DNA of 62,870 nt, filler included, from Octopus bimaculoides (lineage: Eukaryota), in NCBI RefSeq assembly GCF_001194135.2. It is 4 parts of 4 records of this genome, joined end to end, with 100 filler letters (N's around TTAATTAATTAA, not from the genome) between each part and the next. Parts side by side here need not be neighbours in the genome. Positions count along the whole stretch, not along the records: positions 1 to 27,925 come from NC_068983.1; 3 more parts are not named here. The stretch is one strand, 5' to 3'. Shown here one piece after another: positions 1-12,710 of this stretch (the first letter of the stretch is position 1; each line of letters opens with the position of its first letter). Position numbers and translations under genes: made by a program. Under the pieces are notes generated by a model. It ran no database searches. It worked only from the letters and a program-made list of their open reading frames with translations, and was not told where the DNA came from.

Positions 1-1399
1 CCTCTTCCCACCCCCTCGGAAAAAACATTTCATACACAAAGTTCTTTATAATTGTAATCTATGCCATTTGAAAGGTATTTGTATAAACTTTCATTAAAAG
101 ATACCCATTTTCCTGAAAGTTATGAGAGAAAAAAGATCAGGTGAGTTTTCTGAAACTCCTCTCTCCACCCCGCAGGAAAATTCTTTTCCATACATCCCTA
201 TATACTCTGAAGCCACAACATCTAAGCAGTATTTGTAAAAAAATTTCCTTAAAAACTATTTTCTTGGATGTTATGAGGCAACAAAGTTGGGTGCATATAC
301 ATCTGTAGTTATGCCCTTTTATTTATACAATTTTTTCATTTCATGTTTATTTTATTCATTGTTTGCAATGTTCTCTCTTCCCCTCTCTGTCTCACACACA
401 CTGCAAAGCTAATTGATAGGCTACTGAATTGAAATCTCTATATTGCTTTGAGGGGACGGTGAAATCTGACAAATTGCTTTTCCTCTCTGTAGTTGAACTA
501 CCTTGATGTTTGTTCAAAAAAGAGAGATTATGACTGAGATAAAATAATGAAAGCAATATTTACTAAGCAAGTGAGCACTATTATACAAGGAAATAATTAG
601 GTGTGAAATATCATAGAAATTATTAGGAATGGGAATCAAATGTGAAAATAATATGAAGTGACTAGTAGAAAACCACCCAGAGGGCAGTCTTTCTGCTGGT
701 ATAAATAACTCTGTGATAATCTATGTAAATTTATTTTGGGAATTTTACCCTACAACTGTTTGAGTTGAAAATAATAGATGGATGAATAGTTGACATATCT
801 AGGATTATGTATGCCTACCATTAAAAAGATATTAACATTGGAAATGATGTGAAATAAGTGCCACATGAATATTTGTTTAAATATAGGTAGTAGTGTTAAG
901 TTAGACATGGCCTGGGCCAATACTGGCCAAAACCTATCAAAGTTGTACTTGTTGATCATCATTACCACTATCATCATCTTTGTCATTTAAACATCAGTTT
1001 TTTTCCTCATCATCATCATCATCATTTAACGTCCGCTTTCCATGCTAGCATGGGTTGGACGATTTGACTGGGGACTGGTGAAACCGGATGGCAACACCAG
1101 GCTCCAATCTAATTTGGCAGAGTTTCTACAGCTGGATGCCCTTCCTAACGCCAACCACTCAGAGAGTGGCTTCAGAGTATATCTGATTTAAATTTCTTTT
1201 TCTATGAATGCAATTTGCAATGACAAGTATATAGTGTAAATTGATTATTTGATGTAAATGTTAAATTTGAAAGATTCACACTGATACAAAGAAACAGGAA
1301 AGAAGAGAGAGAAGAAAAGGGGAAAAAATGAAAAAGAAATGTGGTAGGAAGTAAAGTGGCAGAAGATGGAGGGGAGGGGTGATGGGCCACATATCCCAG

Positions 1400-1620
1400 A
1401 ACAAGTAGGATGCTTAGCTGTGGTCCACAATGATGACCGCAATGGCATTGTTGCAGAGAATGGCCCGCGACACTCACTGCAGCAGTCACTATTCCTTGCA
1501 GGGCTCATTTCTTTGATGGGCCACTGTTACCCCTATTTTGCGGAAGAAATGGGTAGTATGGAGTCCTTGAACATCTGACGTTTCAACGGCGACTGGCATA
1601 AACTGATAGCAGCCGGACAG
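1400..1620 (+). repeat. Unclassified interspersed repeat, second copy ~51950-52165
   Basis: Colinear similarity of roughly 70% by eye (gggctcatttct, ggaagaaat..gtagta, aaactgata). Confidence 0.6.
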
Positions 1621-2103
1621 GCTCCTGTATTTATTGAACTTCCTCTCCTCCATGTTACAGGCAGTCACACCAGGGTTTGCAGCAAATTCTGTATAGAGCC
1701 TAAAGTTTAGTACTTGTATATATCTCAGCCATGTTCTGCAAAGTATATCTTTTCTAGTTTGATAACTCTTCCTATCTTCTTAGTTCTAGTGACCTATTAT
1801 AAGAATAAGAGATCAGTTGTATGTATGCTCTCACAATTTTGAAAACTGTTTCAGCAAGGAATTAAAACAAGGTGGCAAACTTCATTTACCAACATCTTAT
1901 TATTCAAGTATGCTTTCAATTATAATAAGGAAATCTTGAAAGTCTAAACTGTTTAATGGTAACATTCTACGTCTTATACCTTAGTAGTTTCCAGCAACAT
2001 CCATAATGATTAAAATTTTTTCTTGAACTTTCCATGATACTGTACCATTGTTTTCCACTTGTATTTTAAAAATAACACTATTTCATTTCTCTTTATATTA
2101 TAG

Positions 2104-2184
2104 AATTCCTGTACTGAAGTTAGAAAGCGGAAAGAGATGGAGTATGAAATTATCCACAGCAGCATTAAAGGTTGGGAAGGAGAG
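2104..2184 (+). CDS. ARHGEF7: PIX-family Rho GEF internal exon (DH-PH junction): NSCTEVRKRKEMEYEIIHSSIKGWEGE
   Basis: TAG acceptor at 2101-2103, GAG|gtatgt donor, phase 0/0; peptide matches the recalled beta-PIX 'CQEVRKRKELELQIL...WEGD' segment. Confidence 0.93.
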
Positions 2185-4065
2185 GTATGTTCAATTCATG
2201 AATTTTATTTTATGTCAATGCTTTCGTAAATTTCTGATTAATTTTTATTCAACCATTGCTATAGTTTCAACTTTTGGACGAAACTGTGTTATACTAGGTT
2301 TTGAATTTGTCAAATAGGGTTTTAGTTAAAATATACAGGAATAAGCATCAAATAAGTTAATTTTGATCTTAATTAAGATTGTCATATTTTTAGCTGATAT
2401 TATAATATAATAATTCAATGGAAGAAAGGCATTTCTTAGTCTTCATTTTTATTATCTTAAGATACATTTATTTACAAAGTAAAATAATTAGTTTGAGTGC
2501 AAGATGGTTCTGGCAAGTTCCAAGCAAGCCATGATTGTAACCTGATTTCAATACTTAGTGGGTTTATTTCACTTTACTTATGCTTCTTTCTTGAGATTCT
2601 GTGATATACATAAACTTGGAATAAGATGATATGGGTTTGGCTGATATGTTTTTGGTACACAACACAAAGGAAATAATTTTGGGGTGGTGCACTGATAGCA
2701 GTAGAATTGATAAAGTGGTTTCACAAAATGTTATGCATTATTATATCCTGGTATATTCTATTTTCATTTCTTATCTCTGGTGTTGAAATTTTTCTGTGTG
2801 TCATTATAACGATAATGGAGATGTGTGGCTTAGTGGTTAGGATGTTAGTAGTTAGGATGTTAGTGGTCATAAAACTGTAGTTTTAATTTCTGAACTGGGT
2901 GACTTGTGTTCTTTAGCAAAGCACTTAATTTCATGTTACTCTAGTAGCTACAATTGCTCACAAGCTTTGTGAAGTGAAGTGGATTTTTAAAAATAATTTT
3001 TTGTTTACTTAAATATCATAAGTGCTGTAAAATGGCAGTAACTTTCCATTTAATTCCATACTAAAATCACTTTTTCATTCAGGCTGAAAAGACTTATATG
3101 CCATACTCCACTTTACAACCAAACCTTTTTTCAAATTTTGTGCTTCTTGCCTTCCTAGAGAAATTGGTGAGAAATCACTCCTGTGTATGCTACTTATTTT
3201 GAGTCTATCATAGAGTACTATAGCCAGAAATGAATATAGGACTAATGATATTGAATTATTTACAGTTTGTGCAGTGATCTTGCCACTTAAATTATTCAAT
3301 CTTAGTTTGTGTTTTATTAGTATTTGGGTACCTTTAGCAGAATCCACTTTGTTGTGAACATGCAGACCAAGTTACAAGTCTGTGGTTAACTTCTCTTCTT
3401 CCCATTAGTGTCAGAATGCCCTCTCCAATTAGATGGTTGAAGAAAGAAGAAAGAAAGAAAAAAATAAATAGATGGAAGCTTATCTGTTAAATCATAATCA
3501 AATTCAATATAGGCTTGTTGAAATGAATAACTCTGTCATTCTTGTAAATTATGGGAGCTTCATGATTATTTTAAGAATCATGAATTGACTTTCATTTAAC
3601 AATATTCATTCAGTTTGCAATTTGCATTTGATTGTTTGTTCTGAACATGATTATACCAGTTAGCATAAGTTTCCTTCTTAATTCACAAATTCTACTTTCC
3701 TGGATAAACTCATTGACAATTATAGCTTATTGTGATGAATAAAAATAAATCAATAAAAATATAAACAAATATTGAAAAGGAAGTGTAAAAGCAAATTCAA
3801 TAAAGACATGAAATATAAGTATTTGAAATGTTAGGATAATAGTGATTATTCAAACTAAAGTGTAATACAACCATGTTGGCTTAGTTTCAATGATGTCCAT
3901 TCCTTTGTGCATAGAACAATAAATGGGGAACTACAGTAGTAGTAGTAGTAGTAGTAGTAGTAGTTATTTTAGTTTATTCCATTTTATTTCAAAATAACTC
4001 CATCATTCTGTTTGTATCTTGTTTCTGCATATTTATATAGATTTGTTTACTTTCTCTCTTTGCAG

Positions 4066-4215
4066 GAAATTACGCAACTTGGTGAAGTTGTCTATTTGTC
4101 ACAAGTTAAACTAATTACACACACTGGTGAAAAATTGGATCGCGTATTTGTTTTATTCCAGAATGTACTTGTAATGTTGTCTTTAGGCCCAAGGTTGAGT
4201 GGCTACCATTATGAG
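4066..4215 (+). CDS. ARHGEF7: PIX exon, PH domain N-half: EITQLGEVVYLSQVKLITHTGEKLDRVFVLFQNVLVMLSLGPRLSGYHYE
   Basis: tctctttgcag acceptor, GAG|gttagt donor, 150 nt phase 0/0; resembles recalled beta-PIX PH (LLFPNVLLMLS..PRMSGFIYQ). Confidence 0.95.
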
Positions 4216-4883
4216 GTTAGTAAAATGTATTGCCAACATGTTTTAATTGAATTGCTTTAAAATACTGTTTTTCTAAACAACTTGGTATCATCACTGCCAC
4301 TACTACCACCACCATTACCACTACTACTTTTTAAATTTTTTTTATCTACTGGCATCTGATGGATGTGTTTGCTAGATTTCATCCTTACGCATGATGCATT
4401 ACCAGCATTCACTGTATCAATATGTCCTGTGCTAGCTCTACTTATGCATTTAGCTGTGTTTCCACCTGCAATGTTTTACTTTTGATTAGATGGATTTTTA
4501 TATCTAAATGTCCTAATCAAACTCAAGTTGACCAAAGTTGAGTGAGCACAGTTTGGTTAACAGAAACTCTGTGGAAACCTGATGGAAAGACCTTCCCTAT
4601 TCTTGGGTGGTAGACTAAAGCTGTTTGTTTGGTTTAACATTACCACTTGGTCCTTAGATGTTTTTAGTCTATTTTCTAGCAAGCATTTAAGCCAAATCTC
4701 TTGTTCAAGGATAACTTCTTCCCTTCAATAAGTCACAGAGTCCTTGAAAAGAGCCAGAGGTGCTACCCTTCTTCAGAGAGGATTAAAAATACAAAATATT
4801 GTAGTACTGTAGATTGGTAAAATTGTTTCAGCTGGAAGGCTAAACCTTCATTTTCATACAAATGATGATGATAGCTAATTTAA

Positions 4884-5103
4884 TCCTTTAGCATTCAAAC
4901 TGGCCATATCTGCCCCAAATATTGTACTTGTTTTCTGTTCAAACTAGCCAGATCCAGCCTCTCACACTTACCAAACAATGTTATTCTAAAAATAAACATT
5001 CATGTCATTGGAATTTCTAAGCTATGAGATAATGCAGAATGAATTCAAAAGAATGTAAATAAATAAGCAATACATTTGACAAAGAAATCTGAATGCTAAA
5101 GGG
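4884..5103. mobile_element. piggyBac-type MITE (partial second copy ~51622-51705)
   Basis: TTAA flanks, TIR (C)CCTTTAGCATTCA. Confidence 0.8.
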
Positions 5104-5370
5104 TTAATGAAATGTTAAATAATTAAGAACTGTTTACTTAGAGTAATAATGTCAAGAGGTTTGTAGAAATATCTGATGTGAAATGAAAACTTTTTTTCCT
5201 ATCAGCTTAATGCTTTGATTTATAATTGAATAAAATGAAGTTGTAAAGTTAACTAATTTTATATGACCAAACAAAGGAACCTTTATATGGTTGCTTGACA
5301 GGCTAGAAATAGCAAAAATTTTCCCTCAGATCATACTCTATTATCTTATTAGATAAAAGGGGACTCATTA

Positions 5371-5557
5371 TACGAGAGGGTGTTGAAAAGTTCCTGGCTT
5401 TAAGGGAATCGTGAAAAGCTTGGTTTAAGGGTATTGTGAAAAGCCTCAGAAAAACTGGACTGCTGCAATAAGTGTGTGTGGGAATATGTTGAATAAAATC
5501 ATACCTGATCCTCCCGTATTTTCTTTTACCCAAAGTCAGGAACTTTTTTCAGCACCC
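5371..5557. mobile_element. mariner-type MITE
   Basis: Inverted GGGTGYTGAAAAGTTCCTGRCTTT termini beginning TACGAG. Confidence 0.65.
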
Positions 5558-6567
5558 AGTTTTAGTTCTGGAGACACTTATTGCTAAAGCAAAAAAGAGA
5601 ATAGAAAAAGACAAAAGTTCACAGTCAAAAAGGCCTTTAATTGTTGGCCTACTCAAATAAAACTAGCTTAGGCCTAAACAAGAATAACAACAAAAGCCTC
5701 ATTTTTCATCAAAAAGATGTAAATTGTTACATTTTCTCGTTTTTCTTATACATCATCATCATCATCATCATCATCATTGTTTAACGTCTGCTTTCCATTC
5801 TAACATGGGTTGGACGATTTGACTGAGGACTGGTGAAACCAGATGGCTACACCAGGCTCCAATCTGATTTGGCAGAGTTTCTACAGCTGGATGCCCTTCC
5901 TAACGCCAACCACTCTGAGAATGTAATGGGTGCTTTTACATACCACCGGCACGAAGACCAGTCAGGCGGTACTGGCAACGGCCACGCTCAAAATGGTGTA
6001 TTTTATGTGCCACCTGCACAAGAACCAGTCCAGGGGCACTGGCAACGATCTCGCTCAAAAGTCCTTACACATGCCACAGGCACAAGTGCCAGAAAGGCGA
6101 CGCTGGGCACAGGTGCCAGAAAGGCGACGCTGGGCACAGGTGCCATCACATATGAAAGATAATTTTAAAATATTAAATGAACTCTTCAACCAGAAATAAA
6201 TTCTTTTCTAGTGATCATGTGAAAAGTATTGGTTGCATTTTTCACAGAAATGTGACAAAGATGTTAAAGTTATTGAAGATTAATGAATGGCTATTTATTC
6301 AACTTCATTTCAATTTTGATCCATGATTTTTAAAGTCAGCAGTGTTTTGTATGGTTTTAAATTAGAAATTTGTAATAATTATTTAATTATTGGAGATTAT
6401 TACTTTGAGTTTTTTCTGTTTTAACCATTGTATTCAACATGTTAGATAAAAAAATAGATAAATGATGATTTATTATTTATTGAATACTGGATAATGGATG
6501 CCATTTCGGTGTTATTTTACTGAATGATTGATTATGGATGCTTTAATTTGTTCTTTCTTAATTACAG

Positions 6568-6643
6568 GGGCAGCTGAAGTTGAGTGGGTTGTCTGTAAAT
6601 AAATCTGAAGTCGAAAATATGCCTAATAGCTATGAAATCACTG
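6568..6643 (+). CDS. ARHGEF7: PIX exon, PH domain middle: GQLKLSGLSVNKSEVENMPNSYEIT(G)
   Basis: ttaattacag acceptor, CTG|gtaagt donor, phase 0/1; in frame with neighbouring exons. Confidence 0.92.
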
Positions 6644-6688
6644 GTAAGTTATGCATTTTCTTTGCTTTTTTTTTTAACCTACAGATTA

Positions 6689-7720
6689 CCGTAAAAACCC
6701 ATGTAATTGCACACCTGTGTAATTTACCCAGGTGATTTTCAGGATAATATTTGTTAAAAAAAAGCTTCTACTCATGTAAAATTTGCACCTAAAAGTTTTC
6801 AGAAATGCTGATATAGCCAGGAGAAAACTGTTTTCAATTTAGTTGTGTTTAGCATAATTTCACTTATGATTAGATTTTATTAAATTTTCACAAAATAAAA
6901 ATAATTTCTGTTTAACAGTTATCACAATGAAAGCTATTAAATTACAAAGTGTTTGTGCTGTTTATAATAAACTTTATTTTACATTTCTTGCCCACAAGAG
7001 ATTTTGTCTGATCTTTAGCATACTGCTGTATGTCTTCTCAAATCACTATCACAGGAAAAGTTGTTGATGAGAATTACCAACAATAACAAAGCTGATAAAT
7101 ATGCACAGTTGTTACAAATTAAGTTAATTACCAATAAGCATTAGCTTGGATGACACTTTACTCAACTGACAGAGGAAGGTGACCAATCATGCTGATTATG
7201 TAAACAGAGTTCTTTTCCATCTATTCTTGTTGGATCCTTTGATACATAGTATTGAAATTTTAATCCCTTTCACAATTATAAAATGTCAAGCAAACTCAAA
7301 AATTTGTCATTACCGTTATTGTCAGTATGGGCAGAACTTATGAATTGTTTATTGCGAAGGAGAAATTAAATATGTACCCCATTGTGATGGCATGAACATC
7401 ACACATCAAAAACTAGTTAACCATTTAATGGTTTTAGTAAATTTATGTAGAAAAAGTATTATACCATTCAGCATAAATAAAATTCAACTTCATTATGTAT
7501 ATTTAGGATATTATTTTTTCTGTAAAAACCTATTCTGACATTAAATGAGTCAACTTCTGGTACAAAGGTTTTTTGTTTTTGTACATCTTCTTCAACAAAA
7601 TAAAATTTCAAAAAAAAATAAAATTCTAGAAATGATCTACTCATGTAATTTACGCACCCCCTAATGTTTTTTTAAAAAATTTTTGCAAACAAAGTGCGTA
7701 AATTACATGGGCTTTTACGG
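6689..7720. mobile_element. Tc1/mariner superfamily (Tc2/pogo-like) non-autonomous element
   Basis: TA|CCGTAAAAACCCATGTAATT...AATTACATGGGCTTTTACGG|TA termini; inserted 45 nt after the PIX exon donor. Confidence 0.8.
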
Positions 7721-8029
7721 TAATATAAAGAAACAGTGAGTTTTGCCTTGTCATTTACAATAAATATGTTTATAGCATTTAAGAAATCCATGTACCTTAG
7801 TCTCCGAGATTGCACTTTTGCTGGGAATCATAGACAGGCCATGTTTTAAATATTGGTGTTAATAGAAAGAACTAAGGATGCTTCAAATTTCTTGTCTTCT
7901 AAAGTTGATTAAATTCAGCCTGTTTATGTTCTTTATATACATATCTCCTTCCAATTTTATCCTCTTCTACCTTTCTAGGTCCACTGCCTTGTGTATACTT
8001 ACGCTCTGTGTGAAAGCGCCTTCAGTTAT

Positions 8030-9290
8030 GTCAAACCAACAAGGCCGACAGTTTTGAAATTGTCTTTCCCATTATCCCCAAACATTGTACTCCAGCGCTA
8101 GCTCCTATACACATCAAACTCTTCAGTCTCTCCTTCTCTATATAGAGATCTATGCTGATCTTTGGAAACAAGCTACAACATGTTTCATGTCCAAGAAAGG
8201 CAATCTCTCTGCCATATAATGCCCTGTTGCACTCACCTCCAATATCTCTAAGATGATGGTGACAGCTATTAACAACACCCACCCAACACCTCAAATCCTT
8301 CTTCCTCTTTAATAACCATACAGTTTCCATAAAATCAGGTCCACCGATGACCCACTCTTCTCTGTCATTCACCAGTTGGCTCTTGGTTTGGAGAAACTTG
8401 GTGCTTGGTGAAAGCATTGTTGCCACTCTTGACATTGTCAAAACTTTGCCTGCCTATGGGCTCCCCATTTCTCGTCTTTTAGATTGGTGGCTTTTTATCA
8501 GACCATATTATGACTACATATCTTGTTGAAACACTCTCTATTCCTCTGTCAACTCCAGCATAGACCAAAGCTCAGTTTTGTCTCGCACCACTCCCTTACT
8601 TTCTCTATATCAATGAATTGCCATCTTATCTTACAACACCCTTTCTCATTCACATGAGATTGCTCTTCATTACTCTCTTATCATTCCCTAGCCAGCCTCA
8701 TCTACTTGAACAGAGACACCACATGCCAAACTCACTCTACCTCTATGAACAGAGGTCTTGTAAACATCTCTGAATGGAGATATGCCAATCCTGTCCCTAT
8801 CAGCAGCAAGCAAATGCAAATACTATTCATATCAAGAAGCCATCATTGTCTCAACAAACACTCTAATTATGAGCAGTACTCAACTTGAACCCTTAAAATC
8901 ATTCCATTTATTAGGTCTGTCTCTAAGGCTCCCTCCTGGTGAAAGTATATCCTGGATACCTCAGCTTCCTATTAATTGTTGATAGACTCAGGCGAGAGCC
9001 ACAAAAGAATATTTCTCTTATATTTAAGAAAGTGCTGCTGCATGCACAAATATCCTAGACTGCACCCAGGAAAGAGCCACCCAACTGATTGGCATAATGT
9101 TGCTCAAAGTTACACTCCAACATTAGCCCACAGTTGCACTGTCTCCTTTTGATACCTTTTCTAATGCTACTATAATGGCCTCTACTCCTTGGGACTGACT
9201 GTGTTCAGTACACCTTCATTCAAGCTGGCTCTTTGGAGTTCTAAAGATTCAAGAAAAACTGAAAGGGCATCAGTCTTATTAGTCTAGGAT
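8030..9290 (+). mobile_element. Decayed CR1/L2-group LINE RT remnant
   Basis: GESIVATLDIVKTL.PAYG (LDxxKAF-like) at ~8407; Q.SVLS...L..YINELP at ~8565-8630. Confidence 0.55.
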
Positions 9291-9459
9291 TAGAAAAAAA
9301 ATTGTGTGAAGTGATAGGTTCAGTGCCTTACAGTGACTAGTGCTTTCATTTAGTCTAAAGACATCTAGCTGCATTTAATTTGAAGATGAAATATTTGAAA
9401 AATGGCAGTACATTTGCTTTGTAAGTTTCTTTCAATGATTTCTGTTGTCTTTGTTTCAG

Positions 9460-9584
9460 GTAATCTCATCGATAAACTGACTGTGTTATGTACCACAAGA
9501 AATGAACTGAACCATTGGGTAGAAATGTTGTGTCAACAAATCAAAAATTCACAAACAAACAGATTGAAACCGCAAAGCTTACAG
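9460..9584 (+). CDS. ARHGEF7: PIX exon, PH domain end: (G)NLIDKLTVLCTTRNELNHWVEMLCQQIKNSQTNRLKPQSLQ
   Basis: ttgtttcag acceptor, CAG|gtaata donor, phase 1/0; conserved Trp of the PH terminal helix. Confidence 0.93.
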
Positions 9585-10550
9585 GTAATAATTAAAAAGA
9601 AAATTATGATTGCTTTTTCAAGTCTATTTCTTTTCAAGCTATATTGTTTTAGAGTTTTGTTGTGATCTTGTGGTTTGCCATATGAAATGGTCCTTGGAGC
9701 CAGTATTCAAATTATATCTCAATTAGTTATCTTGAGATTCTTCTGTTTGGGATATGTTTCCAATTGAATTGTTTTGGATATTGCATATGTCCAGAAAACT
9801 GCTGGTAGTGTTGGTGGTGGTAATACTAACCCTTTCCCTCCCGTTTGTATAACAAGTATAAGAATGAGAGGTGAATCAAAATGACAACTACTCTGCTGCT
9901 GCTGTTGTTGATACTGAATATGGCTTCTTTATTATTGTTGTTGTTCCCCGACAGAACTGATGTTATACTTTTTATTGAAGCCATTATAATCCATTTCGTT
10001 GATGATATTTTGGGAAAAGGCCAAAATTTCAAGACTTCTCATTGTTCTTCCCCTCCAAAATCTAAGGCATTCTACTCTAAAGATAAAACTACTCTTACTG
10101 TTTATATTGCTTCAAACCAATATACTTACAAGCCATCATTGTCACCATTTGGAATTTTCTACTAACCATTCCAGCTGCTGCTAATTGAAATGATACTGTT
10201 ACTACTTTAGTGCCAAATTTTTTTAACTGTAGTAGAACTTTATCTAGTTCTAGTTCTGTAAATATAAAGCAGCCTTTCACTTTCATTGCACCTGATATTT
10301 TTGTCATCTTCTAGCAATATCTCTCTAGAATACTGGCTCCATAAAATAGAGCTAATATAAGTCTACAGTTTGATTTTATTTATCTGCAGAGTGACTTAGT
10401 ATCAGTTTTATTGATTTGACTTGTCTTTCCTTTCAAGTTTAACGGTGAAAATGGTGGTTTAGTTCCAGGTCTGTAACATAATACTGTGCACTTGCACTAT
10501 TCTAACACTTGTTGAAAACACTAAGAGTTTTGTTTTCAATCTTCTTCTAG

Positions 10551-10565
10551 TTGCTGGAATTAAAG
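10551..10565 (+). CDS. Candidate 15-nt PIX microexon (LLELK)
   Basis: ctaac branch-like site at ~10502, cttcttctag acceptor, AAG|gtatgt donor, frame-preserving within the phase-0 intron. Confidence 0.5.
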
Positions 10566-12425
10566 GTATGTTGGAGAATTCTTTGTTAGCTTGTTGGTAC
10601 CTTAGTGAAGTTCCCCTTTTACTTGAAGTTAAAAACTAGGTGCTTTGGACCGCCTGCATCCTGATTGATCCACCATAAAATATATCAATATGACTAATTG
10701 CTGCTGTAGAGTAAAAACTGGATGAAGGAGAATGGGAGAGTGTTGATGTGTTTGAAGTGATCTTGAGAGCTCTTACATAAATTTTCAGTTGCTTGTAATA
10801 AAACCTCAACCAAATGTTAGAAGCACCCCTGTTCATGTGCTATGTTGTGAGATAATAATGCTATTCTGATTGTCATAAATTTTATGCATGCCAAGCTGTG
10901 TCTGTTTCTGAGACAGTCTGCTGCTTGCTATAAGTGTTTCAGATGTTTGTAGTAGTTGTAATTTAAATTTATTTAGGTGATTTTATTTATTTCTTTATTG
11001 TATTTCTTTATTTCATATTTTTCCACTGATTCTTGTGATTTTAGTTTTCTCATGATGTCTTTTATATTTCAGTGATTATGTAATAATCTGTCCAGAATAT
11101 ATTTCACTGTTACTTATAATTGGTGCAGATCTTTTGTCAATGCTGATTATGTTTTTGTCAAACTATTATGGCATGCTAATCAACAATGATTAAGTTCTAA
11201 TGTGATGGTATTAAATTCACATTATGACATGTTAATTAAATGAATCCAAGTACTTATTCAATAACAGTCAAGTTTCTAAATACCATATTTCCTGATTCAT
11301 AAGACATTTTTGTACACAGGAAAAAAAAGATTCCATCCTCACCCCCATCCCTACCTCCCAGAAAAAAAAAGTGAAAATCACCCTGGGCTTTATCATAGAA
11401 GGGTCAGGTAGTACTTCAACATCTGGGTCCAGTCTTTAGTAGAATTGTAATCTCATAATAAAAGCCTACAAATACAACTGACATGTAAAAGGTATATCTC
11501 TGTATATTACCATACTGATTAGTTTTTAATATTTATTGATGGTAACTAGTTTGAAATTTACAAGTGTCTACTGGCTCTGTTAACAGAAAATCATTTATTT
11601 TGTTTGTTTTGTGGTGAATCAACTGTACCTCTCATGCCATTTGTAGATTGGCAGAAGTGCCATTAAGCTAAGTACTATCTGTTATCTGTCAGTTTAGTTA
11701 TTTCTCCGACAATCGTTGATTTTACAACATAATTGCAATTAAGAGAGAAGACAGATACACATAATAATTAGTTATAAACTATAAGTTGTTGACTATGCCA
11801 AACAATATAGCAACTGAGTAACTATGCAGTAGTAAACTATGAGCAACTGGAACAAATATATAAAATGTGAAACAAGAAGCATTAATGAAAACAAGAATGA
11901 AGAAAGTGAACTTCATAAAGAAACAAAATTTACATAAGTGGGAGGGAAGTGGGGGCTGTGTTAAAAATATAGATAGTCCATAAATGTGGTATGTGGTATA
12001 CAATCTCATCAAAGATGATAATGTCCAAGGCATTACTGTTATAACCACTTGGCAATTCATTTAACAAGTCATTGTAATATTTATGTAAGAAGGGAACAAG
12101 TGAATGATAGCTGTGAATTTAGTAACCCCTACAGAATTACTGAAGCAATATATTATTCCACAGATGGACAGCCGTTGTAAGAGTAGAAATAGTAGCAAAT
12201 GCATTTAAAAAAATGTGGAATCATTAATGCAATGATTGGTTCTGAAGATGAATTTCACTGTGAAGATAGTAATGGCTCAGAAACAGTTAATGCTTGTAAT
12301 AGTGGTGTAGATTATAGCTGCAATTGTTTACTGTGTTAATATTAAGATATTATTAGATAGATGTTAATAGACATTAAACTGATTGTGGAGTCTTCAACTA
12401 TCTGCAGCATTCTCAAAAAAAGCTA

Positions 12426-12710
12426 AGGAATTATGTACATTATTTACATTTGAATGATATTTGTCCTCATCTTGTTTGTTGGCGTAGTGGTTAAGAGCAT
12501 GAGCAACTGACCCCAAAATTCCGAGTTTGATTCCAAGCAGTGACCTGAATAATGATAATAATAATATCAAAAAATACCTTAGGAATGAGAACCCAGGTTC
12601 GAAATTTCCCTAAAACACCTGATGAAGGCTGGAGGGTATATCAGCTGAAACGTGTTAACAACAAACAAGATGAGGACAAATATCCGTCAAATGTAAATAA
12701 TGTAAATAAT
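12426..12710 (+). mobile_element. Non-coding mini-PLE of the same family: inverted tail + tRNA-like box + hammerhead + tail
   Basis: 12480-12710 matches the 37170-37390 terminal repeat; 12436-12480 is the reverse complement of 12659-12703. Confidence 0.85.
12614..12656 (+). ncRNA. Minimal hammerhead ribozyme (core intact, stem I/III lesion)
   Basis: AACAC-CTGATGA-A-GGCTG-gagggtatat-CAGCT-GAAAC-GTGTT. Confidence 0.7.

Noticed and set aside
6079-6145. 27-bp direct repeats with a palindromic GGCACAGGTGCC core, superficially CRISPR-like
   Set aside because: No unique spacers; minisatellite inside a retroposon 3' region in a eukaryote
7979-8013. Acceptor giving GPLPCVYLRSV* after the phase-1 PIX exon
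   Set aside because: Would truncate the PH domain; lies at the edge of a LINE remnant; no other support
9826-10200. Overlapping short ORFs, including HFVDDIL (RT-like)
   Set aside because: Isolated motif within simple CTG/TTG repeats; no other RT motifs in register
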